Positions 48,651 to 61,700 of a DNA stretch of 64,000 nt are shown in pieces. Each line of letters opens with the position of its first letter. Within the stretch, counting starts at the first letter, position 1. Source of the stretch: Camelus dromedarius (taxonomy: Eukaryota). A program made the position numbers and the translations under genes. The notes below the pieces were generated by a model. The model was not told the DNA's origin and did no database searches. It saw only the letters and a program-made list of their open reading frames with translations. Location: NCBI RefSeq assembly GCF_036321535.1, contig NC_087437.1, positions 92,816,001 through 92,880,000 on the forward strand, given 5' to 3'.

Positions 48651-51418
48651 CAAGTGGGATGAGAAAATCTATGTGGCTATATTGAATTGCTTTTGTCCTT
48701 GGTCCTGAACAGCTTCAGACTTTAAAGCTGATTCATTACAGCCAGGAAGGAACATTTCCATTTCAATTTCTAAAATAATCATGGCCAGGTTTAACCCTTT
48801 CAGTTTAAATGTTAATTTTCTTATTTTTCTTAGTCCTCTATATTTGTTAGCCTGGGACTTTCCTGTAATTAGATGTCAGTCTTTTGATTAATTCTGTATT
48901 TGCTTCAGGAAAGTGCCTACTTTTAGCTCCTAGATTATTTCTAAGTGTGTGTTACCTGCCCTATCTGTACTGGCTCTTGTGTTTTTATGCCCTTTTCCTT
49001 GCGCTTAAGTAGCACTTTACTTTTACTTTAGCTGATAATTCTCTTTAAGAGCCCAATCCTGCCCTTTAAGATTCAACAATCCTGTCCCAAATAATGGACA
49101 GAAATATGCATTTCTACCTCTATCTCTGTTTTAAACCAGAAATATTTTATATCAAATATTGCAAATCCTCTTGTTATGGTATATTCTTGTTTCCAAACAT
49201 CTGTACTATTTCTTAAAATAACGGGGATTAGAATTCCCATCATAAAATATGTTCCAAAGTTTTCATTATCAGATAGGCAAGAATAGGTACATTCTACTTA
49301 CATAACTTAAAGATCATATCACATTCCATACCTTTAAATTATAAAACTGTAGTAAATTAACTGATGTGCACATAGGAGTCATTTTAGCAAACTGTAAATT
49401 CAGTAAGGATGCAACTATATTCAAAGGTTCAAATGGCTGGCTTGGGTGATAATTTATCAATGTATTTTTGGCACCTAAACACACATATTGATATATTAAT
49501 TGTTTTAGTCAGTAAAAGGGATATGTCAATGAGAAATAATGCCTTTTTTTTTTTCTCTTTCTTGGTGTATCATCTACAGATTGTTCTAGCCTAACGGAAA
49601 AAAAAGTGAATGGAATAGTAAATGTTATTGTCCAAAAACTTAAATAGGAAATAATTATTCTAGCTAAAAGTCTCTGAAATTCTGCACTGATTCATTCAAA
49701 ACAATCTAAATAACTCTACCTTTAATTTATTCCATAATGTGTAAGGCAGAGTCCCAAGCTGCTGGCACTAGAAAAGGACTCAAGTAGAGAATAGATGATA
49801 AGACATCGACTCTGTCAGGGAACAGTTAAATAAACAACACCATATAATAAACATGTAACACCAATTATTGCCACGACGGAAGAGTATGACTGTGCCATTA
49901 TATTTCTTCTTTCTATACACACTTCTGAGGAAGTAATTTTAATTCTTTTTCGAATTCTGTTATCCTTCAAGGCTATTCTTTGGGAGTATAGAGGTACAAA
50001 GAAAAATAAAGTTAACATCATTAGGAAAGATTTCTCCAGAGTCTCCCAACTAAAGCCTTTGATGAAGATCTTAAATATCAGATACCTCAATTGTTAAATC
50101 TATAAAAATTGTCCCAAATTTTAGTGCCTTCCTAGAGTCTAGTGAATAATTCTAAGTATTTTTATTTACTATAAAATAAAGGCAGATTATAAACTTCCCT
50201 GGATAGTTTTTTAAAGCGATATAAATAATCAAAATCACCTTTCATTCCCAGCATTTCCCTCAGCAAATTATTGCAGAGTGCAATTTATGTTTACAATGAT
50301 TAGCTAATAGTTTGCACTATATTACATTTATAATATAGAGTTGTGAATTTTACTATATATATATAGTTTATTACACAATGAATCTGTTTTTATAATTACT
50401 GTGTAAAGTAAGTCTGTTTACATCCATATTATGGCCTTCTTGAAATTATAATATTTTTAAATTTCTAGAGTATCTTAAGTGTTTTGTGTGAATTTTTAAT
50501 TTACTAAAAAATATTTCTTGAGAATCTGGTATATGTTAGGCATCCTTAAAGTGCCAGTAAAATAGCAATGAACAAATCCTGATTTGAATGTTTATTGTTG
50601 GGAAATATCCAACCATGTTTGAAATGGTTATTGCTTTCTTTAATATGGTATATAGGAACATGCTGCATTGAAACAGTGGCTTTTGTAATTTAATTATAGT
50701 AAAACAATTTTTAAAAGAGACAATTCATTACTAATGCTAAACAGTCTCATGACCAATTTACCTTTATATCATCTTGTTGGTTACTTGCGTTGAAAATCTA
50801 GTTTCTTCGTTACTAATAATGCTTTGATTTTATTGCTCTAATTTTATGCATGATGGCAATGGAAAATTCTACAAAACTGTAGAATCTTGCAGTTCTACGA
50901 GATGGTTCATCTTTCTACTTTACTGTGGCTGGATTATATCTTTTCTGTACATGATGTGCTTGTTCTTTTAGCTCATCTTCTTTCTATTTTATTCTCTCTC
51001 CTCTCCCTTGAAGTTGCTATTATTCTTGTCCACTCTCCACCTCATAATGAACTTTGCCAGCAAACTTGATTCCAGGGCCCTTTGTGCCATCTTGAAGGTA
51101 AAAAAACAAAAAACAAAAAACAAAAAATAGTATGTGAAATACCCAGCATGCCTTTGCTCCTTATATAAAGAAACACTGTAGGGAAAATAATGTTGCATTT
51201 TTCTGTGATGTATTGCCATATTGTAATATCATTGCCAAGGGACTATATTATATTTTTCAATGTCCTTACATGACGTATTTAATAGTAAATTTCTCTATGA
51301 GCTTATCAACTGGAAAAAAGGTTTATTATCCTTGATGAACTGGCAAATGTCCTATTATTAAAAACTGAGCATTGTATAATCAAATACATTTTTCCTTGAC
51401 TGACAAGAAATTTGATGC

Positions 51419-51596
51419 CAGGAACCCATCTAAGTTTTATGGGACCTCAGGTCTATGTAATTTGGGAAGCCCTGTGTAAGAAAAGAGAATTCGAAATTAC
51501 AAACACAAAATTAAGTGCAAGACTATGGAAAGGACCCATGTAAGTTCAAGGGCTTGAAGCTTAAGCTTTATTAGCTACATGGCAAATCCACTTCTG
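51419..51596 (-). mobile_element. MER53 hAT MITE
   Basis: tgaagcttaagctttattagctacatggcaaatccacttctg terminus and aagaaaagagaattcgaaattacaaacacaaaatta match recalled MER53. Confidence 0.85.
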
Positions 51597-54023
51597 CTTG
51601 GAACTAAGGTTTATGTCTAACTGCTACTATTTTTCTCTATTATCATTTCTTAATATACAATTTGGATCTAATTGGTTGTTCATCAAAAATTTCTGAAAAA
51701 TACGGAAATTATTAAAAATTACATACATACACATAAACATATTATTTAAATTGAAAGCATACAAATATTAATTTGTTAACATTGATATCCAAGGCTTTTT
51801 ATTTGGGTAAGGAATTAAGTGGAATGGAGGTTAGTTAATAGAATTAGGTTTTCTTCTGTTTAATTTCCCATGTTATCATCTTTTACATTTTGATTTAGAT
51901 TTTTATATTTTAATTTTGGACTAATGGTTTTATATTTTCTGTGCCTATGCTTTTACTATAACATGCCTCAAAACTGTTTCAAAATATGTGGATTAAAGTT
52001 AGCCCTTATGACTACTTGTACATAAATTCTCTGTTTTGTAGATTATTCATCATAGGCATGCTGTAATACATGGCTGATTACCTTGGAACTTTCTGAGTTG
52101 CTTTTTTTTTGTTATATTTGTCATATACTATGTAAACAAATGACATGTCCTACTCAAAACATATGACAAAGTTTTTGTTGTATGTAATTTTGGACTATGT
52201 GGCTTCAACTTCCCAAAATTGTAGATAGTTGATAACTAAATAGACATTAGGTATCACTTCTTGTATAGGTTATTTAAGTATCCTTAAACATAACAGAGGT
52301 GGGTAGATGTTTGTGTGTGTTGTGTGTGTGTTTTAATTAGCAGGAAAAAGTAGAAATGAGTCAATGTTTTAACATAGCTTTTGTGTTGAAATTAACATAT
52401 GCGTTTAAATTTGCATAGGGACAAACTGTAGAAATATTAGCTATTTCCAATCTGTTTTGTCACACAAGAATGAACAGCAAATGGTCATTGGTATTTTCAT
52501 CTGACTTTGTGGTGTGGAGTTTTAAGAACCTGCAGTAGAGTGCAGATGTGTACTAGGCTTTGAAATCTGCATCCAATCTTCTGGGCTCAGTTTCAGAATC
52601 TAGCGCTATCATTTTAAACAAAAATAGCTTGTTCTTTCATCTGTGCAGCACAACAGAAGAATTTTAATCAAAGTTAGACACATATTCTGAAAGAAATCAC
52701 TATCTACCCTTCCATGAAAGAGCTAAATTTTGGTACCTTACTTCAAATTTTGGTTGTTCAATAAATTAATTTTTCACATCTTATTTTGAATCATACAAGA
52801 TGGAGCGATTTTATTTCTTAACAACCGAAAGATGGTTTGTTCATAGTGTATACTTTACTATGAGCTATAGTAATTTTTGAAATCTATTAATATAAGAAAC
52901 TAGATTTTGCAGACAAAAATAGCATATTATTGCATGGATGAAAAAGAACAATTAAATACTTTCAAAATATCTTCTGAGGGAAAGTATTAGTTTATTATGA
53001 ATATACTGCTTATCAATAGGCTTTATAAAACTGTAAGATTAAGGGAACATGAATTCTTTTAGAATTAACAGTCTTAGGTCCTTATTCTGAACATAACGTA
53101 ATCATGCATCATTATAAGTTGTGGTTCCTGAAACTTGGTCATTGTTTACTTTTTGAGTGTGTGGCAGCACATTGCTGAAGTACCTAAGATGGGTAATGAA
53201 AATAATGGGAGATTAAGAGTGATACCATAATAGAATGGACTGAAACTGTTGGTGCTTTTACTCATGGGAAAGCTATAAAAAAGAGAGAGAGAAAATAATA
53301 TTGAAATACATTAAAATTGGAGAGGTTTAATAGGCTGAACTGTGACATTTCCACTAACTTTAATGAGGAAGACATTTAGAAAATGAAATTAAGAAACATT
53401 TTTTATGCAATGCTTTCATAGTGAGTTCCAAACATAGGTGATTTTTCACCCTTAGGAGGTAGTACATAGTAAAAATATAAAATAATTCACGCAAGATTTA
53501 ACTATGTGATGAATGATAGTACATAGTTGGCTTATTACTGGAAATGAAGAAGTTTGAGAGAAGTACGTCTGATCAAAGCAAGGAGAGCAACCATAGCTTG
53601 GTGCCCCTGTGCAATAAAATACCTTACAGATGAGCAATTTGTCTCTATCATGAACAATGAATGGTCTAAAGTAGTAGTATTTTGAATGAACATGAGTAAA
53701 AATTGATTCTTAAAACAATTACTCTAGTTCTTCACTCTAAGCAAAGATATACATATATTTTTTATAATCACATGTGTATTTAAAGTAAAGCTTAAGATAT
53801 TGCAAAAATTCATTGTGGGGGTTGCTTCATGGCATTAGGTATTGACTTGAGAAATCATAGCTCCAGTTTTAGTATCTAATTTCCTATTAAACAAATTTGC
53901 CACCTGTTGCAATAAGCATAAGTATATCACTAAAAGGCTATAAAAGTTACTTGGTAAAAATGCCAGCTTGCCTTTTCCAGTTTGCTCCTTGGCCACAAAT
54001 TTTTATTTGTAATTCTTACTGTG

Positions 54024-54464
54024 TGTATCCATCTGGATAGGCTTGGTTATGCCGTGGTAACAAACAACCCTAAATGTCTCAGTGGCTAACACAACAAATG
54101 TTTATTGTTTTGCTCACTCTGTACATCATGTTTTGTTCACTCTATACATCAGATGATATGCAGATCATCTGAGGCTTTGTTTTTCATTGTCCTTCAGAGA
54201 CCAGGCTGATGGACCAGCCACTATCTGGAATGCTGCCAATCACCGTGGCAGCAGGAAAGATAGCTCATGAAAGTCTCACTCTGTCAATTAAACGCTTTGG
54301 ATCAGAAGTGACCCATGTTACTTCTGTTCATGACTCCTTTGGCCAGAACTGGTTACATGGATTATTCACCTGAGGAAGCCAAGTGAAAAGGAAACCAGGA
54401 AAGGAAACCCCACCAGGTAGCAGAGATCAAAAATAGTTGGTGAACAGCACTAATGATTTCCACA
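54024..54464 (-). mobile_element. MaLR solo LTR (MLT1J2-like)
   Basis: ggataggcttggttatgccgtggtaacaaacaaccc...accaggctgatgga...ttggtgaacagcactaatgatttccaca. Confidence 0.88.
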
Positions 54465-55519
54465 GTGTACTTACAGCACCAACCTTACTGTTTTAAAGGC
54501 AACTCTTACTGATTGAATAACTCATTTGTGTTGACCTGTTTGAAACATGGTTTTGACTAAAAAGTAATATTAAAAGGCTACTTTTTTTGGCCTGGAGAGG
54601 TAAAAGAAGCCTTTTTAAGAGTCAACTCCTGCTGGGATTCCTTGCTATGGTTTTAGTGCACTTCCAAAGCCTTCTACTAATTGTAAGCTTGGGTAAAATT
54701 GCTATTCTGAGAGGTTGAGTGATGTCAGTTACAAAAACACTTCAGCAAGAGTGGTCAGCTCTTGGCAAGCAATCTGCCTCACTGGGAAGCAAAGGTCTGG
54801 AGGAGGGAATAACAAGTACATACTGTTATCACTGCCTTAAAGTGAGAATGATCTCAGCCTTAAAAGTTGTTTCATCAAGGCGCTGCTGAAAACTCAGACA
54901 TTTTAAGGACAGGTGTCCTGCCAAAATGTGTATTGACTGGCTGTCACTAGATAATGTATCACTAATAAATTGAGAAGCAGACTGATGTCTCAAATACAGG
55001 GAAAATTTTCCCAGTCCATTAAGGATACGAAAGAAAAGGATTTGAGAGATATTTCAAAAAATACAGCATTGTCTGAAACTTTGAACATTATCTGTATGGT
55101 GGGAGCAACCAACAACATAGTTTCACACAGTGCCTTATATTCAACTCATTTTCTCTCAGATGATGAACATTTTGAAAATGAAACAGTGGTTGAAGATCAA
55201 ATACTAAAACTTTTATTGAATGTTGGTTTTGAAATATCCTTGCCTTTGACATGCTGATTTTATGAAACAGGTCATAGATACGAGAAATATTAAAATAAAT
55301 AATACTTTGCATAAATATTTCAAACTGCCATTTTAAAATATTGAGAACATAGAATGAAAGGAGTATGTTAATAAATAGATTTTTTAGTGTTTTGTATTGT
55401 ATTGTATAATAAATACAATAAATATTGTTTTGTATTGCAGTAATAAAATAAGATATATAAAGAAAAGATTGCTATCTTTTAGAATATAACAATCTAATAA
55501 TTATTTTTATATTAAATTA

Positions 55520-55680
55520 CTAACAGCTGATGTTTCTTAAATATTTACCATTTGCCAGGCACTATTATTATAAAAAACTTCATAATAATAGTATTCTAAT
55601 TGTATTCTCACAGCAATTCTCTGATAGGTATTATCATTATTATCAGCAACTCATGAATGAAAAACATTAAGACAGTCTGA
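55520..55680 (-). mobile_element. MIR SINE 3' half
   Basis: taacagctga...tttaccatttgccaggcact...ttctcacagcaattctctgataggtattatc. Confidence 0.75.
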
Positions 55681-55709
55681 TCCCCAAACTTTTGCATTGA
55701 TATTCTTTT

Positions 55710-55920
55710 GAGAATTCAAGCTTTGGGGACAAGGAAACTGAGTTCTATATCTTCCTTTGCATTTAGTAAAAGTGGCAACCACTTTCAAAAAGTTACTGAA
55801 CCTCTGTAAACACCAATTTCTTCATTTTGCAAAATTCACAAGATTTTGATGGGAAAAAGTGTAAGTAGGAATGGAAATTACAAAGCACACTTAGGTTAGA
55901 AAAACACCAACTATTATTAT
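55710..55920 (+). mobile_element. MIR SINE, degenerate
   Basis: aagctttggggaca...aagttactgaacctctg...tttcttcattttgcaaaat. Confidence 0.6.
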
Positions 55921-55942
55921 TATTATCATCATCATCATCATC
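55912..55942. repeat. (TAT)n(CAT)n microsatellite
   Basis: tattattattattatcatcatcatcatcatc. Confidence 0.9.
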
Positions 55943-58900
55943 AGATATAAAGAAAAGCATCATGCATAATCTCAGGAGTACAGTAGATACTTAATAAATA
56001 CTAGTTTCCTTTCTTGTAAAAGTCTTAATAGGCTAGAAAGATAAAGACTATCCCACACGTGAAATGGAATCTACCTGGGCTGGAATCCCACAGGACTATG
56101 AGAACTGTGTCTGTGAATGGCCTTGAAATGAAAACCCAGAGACTATTTTTAATCCTATTTCTAAATTTAACTGTGTCATAGTCTCATATTAGTCCTCTTA
56201 TTGACAGGGAGTTTGGTGTTCACTTAACATACACTGGGTACAGTTTTCAGTGTATCAGCTTTCAAATCCTGGCATAGAAACAGTTTCAATGACTATTCAC
56301 ATTTCCAACAGAGGCATAGTGGAATTTAACAAAAGATCTGTGGACTGGAAGGGGAGCAGGGTATCAGGGTATGAAAGATTTGTGACAGCTCTGATATATT
56401 TCCTTCTTCCATTCAAAAGCAAAAACCACAAAGCACTTTAAAATTACTGAGAAAATTACAACTGAATGTTTGTAGTCTTTAAATCTAAGCATCACCACGA
56501 TTAAAATGAATGTAATGCTAAAGAGTATTTAAGGTTTAGTGATCTAAGAAAAAGTTTTCTGGGATCAAAAGTAGCTCCTGTACTGTCTGATTAAAGATGC
56601 CCATCTGCAAAACTAAATGATGCATCAACACTGCATGCTCAAATCAATTTAATTGATTTGTGTGTATCATTATCCTATCTGTTATGTTTATGTTTTCAAT
56701 TGTCAAAAGCAGACTTTGCTGATTAAGAGCTGTGTTACATATACAGCAATTAGAGGATAGAAAGTCCTATCATTAGTCTACATCATGCAGAGCTGGCCAA
56801 GAACATTACTCTTCAAAAATGGAAAAGTTACAGCTTGAGAAACAGGTCCAGTGACAAATTAACTCATACAAATCCAGGAGACTAATGTGGAGGTGGTGCT
56901 ATACTTAAAAACTTGTTTGGTTTCCAAAACTGCCAAGTGAAAGATCCAAAAGCTAACTGAAGGTAAACCTAGCCTTACTATGTTAGCCTAGCAAGTTGAA
57001 AGTGATGTCACAAAAATTTTTTTTCTGAATTAGCTAAGAATCTTGACTAATAGTTGCCATTAAATAAATTTTTCAGAAAAGCTGATAGTATCTTTAACCT
57101 TGTTTATTTCTAATAAAAACTAGCTACACATTAAATCATTTTTTGTTTAACATTCCTACTAAGTTTTTGTTAGCATAAAAGTATCGAACTACAAAATTTA
57201 ATGATGATATTTAATATCTTTGTTGATGCTAACAGACTTGAAATTTAAAATTTCCATTAGACTAAAGGATTTTTAAAAACTTCTTGTTTGTTATTATTCC
57301 ATTGATGGAGATAAGAAAAGGGGAATATATATACACCAAGCTATTATGGATGAAAAGCGTTTTGATTTAAAAAAAAGAAAGACAAACTAACAACCTTGTA
57401 TTGGTTGGCAACTACTGATTACAAAAACTGTTTTATTTCCTAGTATCACTAAACTTCATTTCACTGGCTACAATAAAGCAATTGAGGCAACAAATAAAAT
57501 TAAAGGCTCCACTTTCAGCAAAGTCTCCTTAGAAGTAAAGAAGTCAATGAGAATAAATCCTCTCTCCTCTTATTTCTTATTAAAACATTCTGGGAGATGC
57601 ATCTGTGAGGAACAGCTCATTTTTCCAGCAAGAAAAATTAGGGGTTAACACTATATACAAAAATTGAATTCTGCTATCCCAGTCATGAAGTGGTATCCCA
57701 GCAGAGATCCTACTCTTTTGGAAAAGAGTTAGAAAAAGGCAAATAAACTGCAGGCAAGCAGCAGATCTAAGGTCCAAGAACCAGGACCAGCAAAGCAATC
57801 ACCAGTCACGTCCACCATGAGGCAGCAGACCATACCTTGAGAGTATCATGCACCGGAATCAATAATGGAACGTTAGAGATAATGGACAGTAGACACCATT
57901 ACTCTCTTCTTGATGTCCTGCACCCCTAACACAGAATCCCTTTTGAAAGCTTATGCTCAATGCTTAACCTAATGTGGTTGGGAAGAAGAATAGGCTGTTT
58001 TCTACTTCCCTCGATTTCTCTGACTTGCTCTGGAGCTTTCTGCAACATGCAAGAACAAACATTTTAAAAATCTTGCTATTTTTTTCAGGAAAAACATACA
58101 CAAATAATCAAGAGTCTACTTGGGTAAGCCTTTGTCAGTCACAGCCATTGCTTACTGAACGTGACTTTTGACTGATAGTGACTTGTAAAATAATGTACTG
58201 CCTTGTAAGGAACACTTGTGGGAGGACAATAGAGAGGTTTCTTTGTGATTAGTTTGTGTTGTGTGTGTGTATGTGTGCTCTAAGGGATTAGTTTTGTTTT
58301 GTTTTTTTTTTTAACATAAAGCTTTTCTTCCTTCCTCTGCAGTTCTTGAGCACCACTGAGCATAATTTGATTATTTTTGGTGCCATGGTTTGATAGTCTT
58401 TTTTCCTTAGGTACAATTCCCTGACATACACTGTTTGACAGGAAAAAAAAAAAATCCACAAGAATTTCCTGAGAAGACATTCATATGCAGCATGTGTTAG
58501 ATTTTTCATTTTCATTTGGCATTTTCCAACTCAACTAATTATGTTATCAGTCAATGTAAATTTTAAAAAAGAAAGTTCTAAGTAAGAAAAAAAAACATAA
58601 AAAAACTTGAAGTCCTGCTGCCTAAATTTAGAGATATGCCTGTCATCTTTAAATAGAAGAAAATTATATTAGTGCTTTTACATATCTGCACATTGTGTGC
58701 TTCTCTCTCTGTCTCCCTCCACCTTCACCCCTCACCCTCCATCTTTCTGTATCTAGTTCTGTAATGACTTCTTTGTTTGGAATACAGAGTCTTTCCTGAT
58801 GCATTCAGTGGTAATGTTTGTGCAGAGTTTATTGGTCTTTTCTTGGTTATTGTTGGCTGTGCAGATTTTGACACATTAAATATATCCATCAAATATATCT

Positions 58901-59041
58901 ATTACATACATTTTTCATTCTCTTTCTTAGGCTATAAGGTATGCAGAAATTCAGCCAAATGTAAAAATGAATGGTCAATGTAACATGAACTGAAAATGTG
59001 GCAATGAACATATGCTACCAATACATGTTTACAAGCAAATA

Positions 59042-59275
59042 CAGTGGCCCGCCCTGCCCCTGGCCCTGGAATCCACCATCTCCTCAACCCTGAGCGCCAA
59101 TAGCTAAATCCACAGATTGTCAAGTCCTTTATATAAAACTATGTACTACAGTTGGAACCTTATATCATGGGTTCTGCATCTGCATATTCAACCAACTGGA
59201 GATCAAAAATCAAAAATCGATAGGAGGTTGATTGACTCTGTGGATGTGGAACCAGAGGATATGGAGGGCCCACTG
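59042..59275 (+). mobile_element. MER2-like TcMar-Tigger MITE with palindromic 3' half
   Basis: TA|cagtgg start; aaatccacagattgtcaagtcctttatataaaa; ends tggatgtggaaccagaggatatggagggcccactg|TA. Confidence 0.8.
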
Positions 59276-59304
59276 TAACTGTTGTGACATTATCTGCTCT
59301 AATT

Positions 59305-59474
59305 GACAGTTTTTAAATCAATCACTCATTGATTATAAGGCACATCATTATATGCACCACTAAGAAAGAAAACATATTTCAAATTAAATTTGACACATCA
59401 ATTGTGAGCTGCACCACCATTTCATAGATGAAAACTAAGACGAAGAAGGGCACCACAGAACTGATGAAATGCAG
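59305..59474 (-). mobile_element. MER104-like TcMar-Tc2 MITE
   Basis: attgattataaggcacatcatta...tgcaccactaagaaagaaaa...aattaaatttgacac...agaactgatgaaatgcag. Confidence 0.75.
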
Positions 59475-60397
59475 TGCACACATGTATGAATGTGCCTCTT
59501 CCCCCTTGTACTTCTAGTATCAACTGCCAAGCATTTTATATTTTACTTATCTGCCTTGTTTCACTCTTTTTTTCAAATAAAATTTATGTACAAGTAATTT
59601 TGCTGATTTGGCCTTATTTTAGGGTGCAATTTAAGGCCTGTGCTTAAGTTCTTTCTAATGTATGTCATGGAACTTGGAACCATGTATGCCTGCTGGGTTA
59701 ATTTCATTCATTCTGCCTTCAGTTGGCCAGTGACACAGACAACAGAGAGAGCTGGTACATGAGTCTAGTACCCAAGAACCACTCTCTATTATCCTAGATT
59801 AAAAGCGTTACTCAAATTTACCTATCAATTTTAAAAGCACCTGGGCTAAGTTCTGTAAAATTATGAGAAAGGAAAAGTTAGTCTTCAGTGTCATCCTTCT
59901 TTCTCATGTCTAATTTTCTTATTTAGTATTCCAAAACATAAAGGTCAGAGGGTGCCCTATTATTCTGGGTAAAGCTCACAGCTCCTACTAATAGCTGTGT
60001 GTTCTTTCTCTGATATCCACAGGGATAGCAGTTTGGCAATTAGCAATCTGATAATATAATCCTTCCAACCGGACACAGAAAGGGAAGTAAGACTGCCCGC
60101 AGAAAAAGATGATATGGACTTAACACTGACCTTTTGGAAGGCAATTAATATTTTTTATCCTATAATTAGGGACTTTAAGTGAGGTAGAGGCAGGGCACTT
60201 TTAGAATAATTAGCAAAGAAGAGAAGTTATGACAGGTTCCTGGGTAAGGTGTTTTGGGGAAGTTGGACCTTCTATCTAACAGTGTATAGTAAGAACTTGA
60301 AGCTATTAATGCCAAAGACCAGGCTAGATTTAGGGAAAGAATTTGCTTCATCTCAAGGAAAAGTTTATAATAGTCACACGGTAGATTCTGGGAAAAA

Positions 60398-61700
60398 GTC
60401 ATTCATTTACTAATTCATTTAATATTTTTTTAGCATCTATTATCAGCCTGGCCCAGGCTAGGTGTTAGGGACATTGCAATAAAACAGATTTGGCTTTAAC
60501 CCTCATGGAGTTTATAATTTGGCAGAAAGTATAGGCACTAAATAAGTAATTTTATCTGTAATAGGTATTATCAAAGAGATATGCAGAATGTTACTGGATC
60601 CAATCCTTTGTCAAGAAGATGACATCTTATTTAAGACCTCAAAGATGAAGCATATTAACTTGGTGAAAGGAGGAAAAGGGGCAGAACTTTCAGGCTCAGG
60701 GAAGAGTCAGTCTTCTTGAAAGCCCAGGGGCCAGAGAGATAATAGTACCTCATTAAAACTAAAAGAAACTAAGTGTGAATGAAATACCAGAAGGGTGTAT
60801 GCAAGGGCTGAGACTGAGATAATAGGTGGGGAACATCCACATTGTGGGAAGCCCTGTAAGCCATTTAAGGAGCTTGGACTTATTCTAAAAAAAATGGAAA
60901 CATGTTGAAGAATCTTAAGCAAGAATTAACCCATTTTATGTTTTTATTTTTTACTTTTTTTTTGACACTCTAGATGAAAGTAAATAATAAATTAGAGAAG
61001 GGATCAATTGAAAGCAAGAGACCACTGAGAAGGTCACTGCAGTAGTCCAGGTGGGACCACACAATGCTGGGAATTACAGAAGGGTGGTTGGCACCCACAG
61101 GAAAGATGAGGGAAAGTGGATAAACCTGAGAGCAGTTTGGAGGTGGACTTTTTAAGATTTATATGCACAGTGAAGGAGGGGGAGTAATCAAGGATGACTG
61201 TATGAATGCCAGTTTTCTTTCTTGAGCAGCTGGGAAGTTGATGATACCATTTCTGAAAAAATAAAAATAAAAACAAAAAGAAAAAAGAAACTGGAGAAAA
61301 AAACAGAAATGAGAAGAAATTCCAGAGGAACTCTGACATTTAAAGATCAGGTAGGCAAGAAAGAGGTGACAGAGGAGATCAGAAAGGTACAGACACATCA
61401 GTAGAAGGAAAAATCTAAAAAAAAATTTTTATTAAAGAAACCAAGGAAAATATTTTCAGAGAGAAAGTCAAGGATGTCAAATGCTACTGAAAAACCAAGC
61501 TAGAAGAAAACTGGAATTATTCTACTAGATTTATTGACGTAGTACTCACTGGCAGCTGTGGTAAGATTGGTTTTAGCAGTGTAGTAAGGGGTAGAAACCA
61601 CCAGGAATGACTGAGAAGGGTGGTAATGCAATTATAGAATATAAATGCATTTAAGAAATTTGACAGTGAAAGAGAAGATGAAACATGTTTATATGCATAT
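60398..61700 (-). mobile_element. L2 LINE, ~1.3 kb 3' portion
   Basis: (catt)n tail at left, ccctcatggagtttata, ccatttaaggagcttggact, tgcagtagtccaggtg, tgtcaaatgctactga. Confidence 0.88.

Noticed and set aside
50882..50914. Minus-strand KDEPSRRTARF, reminiscent of the HMGN nucleosome-binding motif
   Set aside because: Preceded by an in-frame stop, flanks show no HMGN similarity, and there is no poly(A) or TSD; coincidence
54410..54423. CTCF-like CCACCAGGTAGCAG
   Set aside because: Mismatch at a core G of the motif and located in a decayed LTR
55520..55920. Inverted MIR pair as a dsRNA/editing substrate
   Set aside because: Both copies look too diverged for a long duplex by inspection
57836..57925. 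Minus-strand exon candidate (…gttag| … AAG|gtatgg)
   Set aside because: Poor polypyrimidine tract and stops in all three frames; weaker than the other candidates
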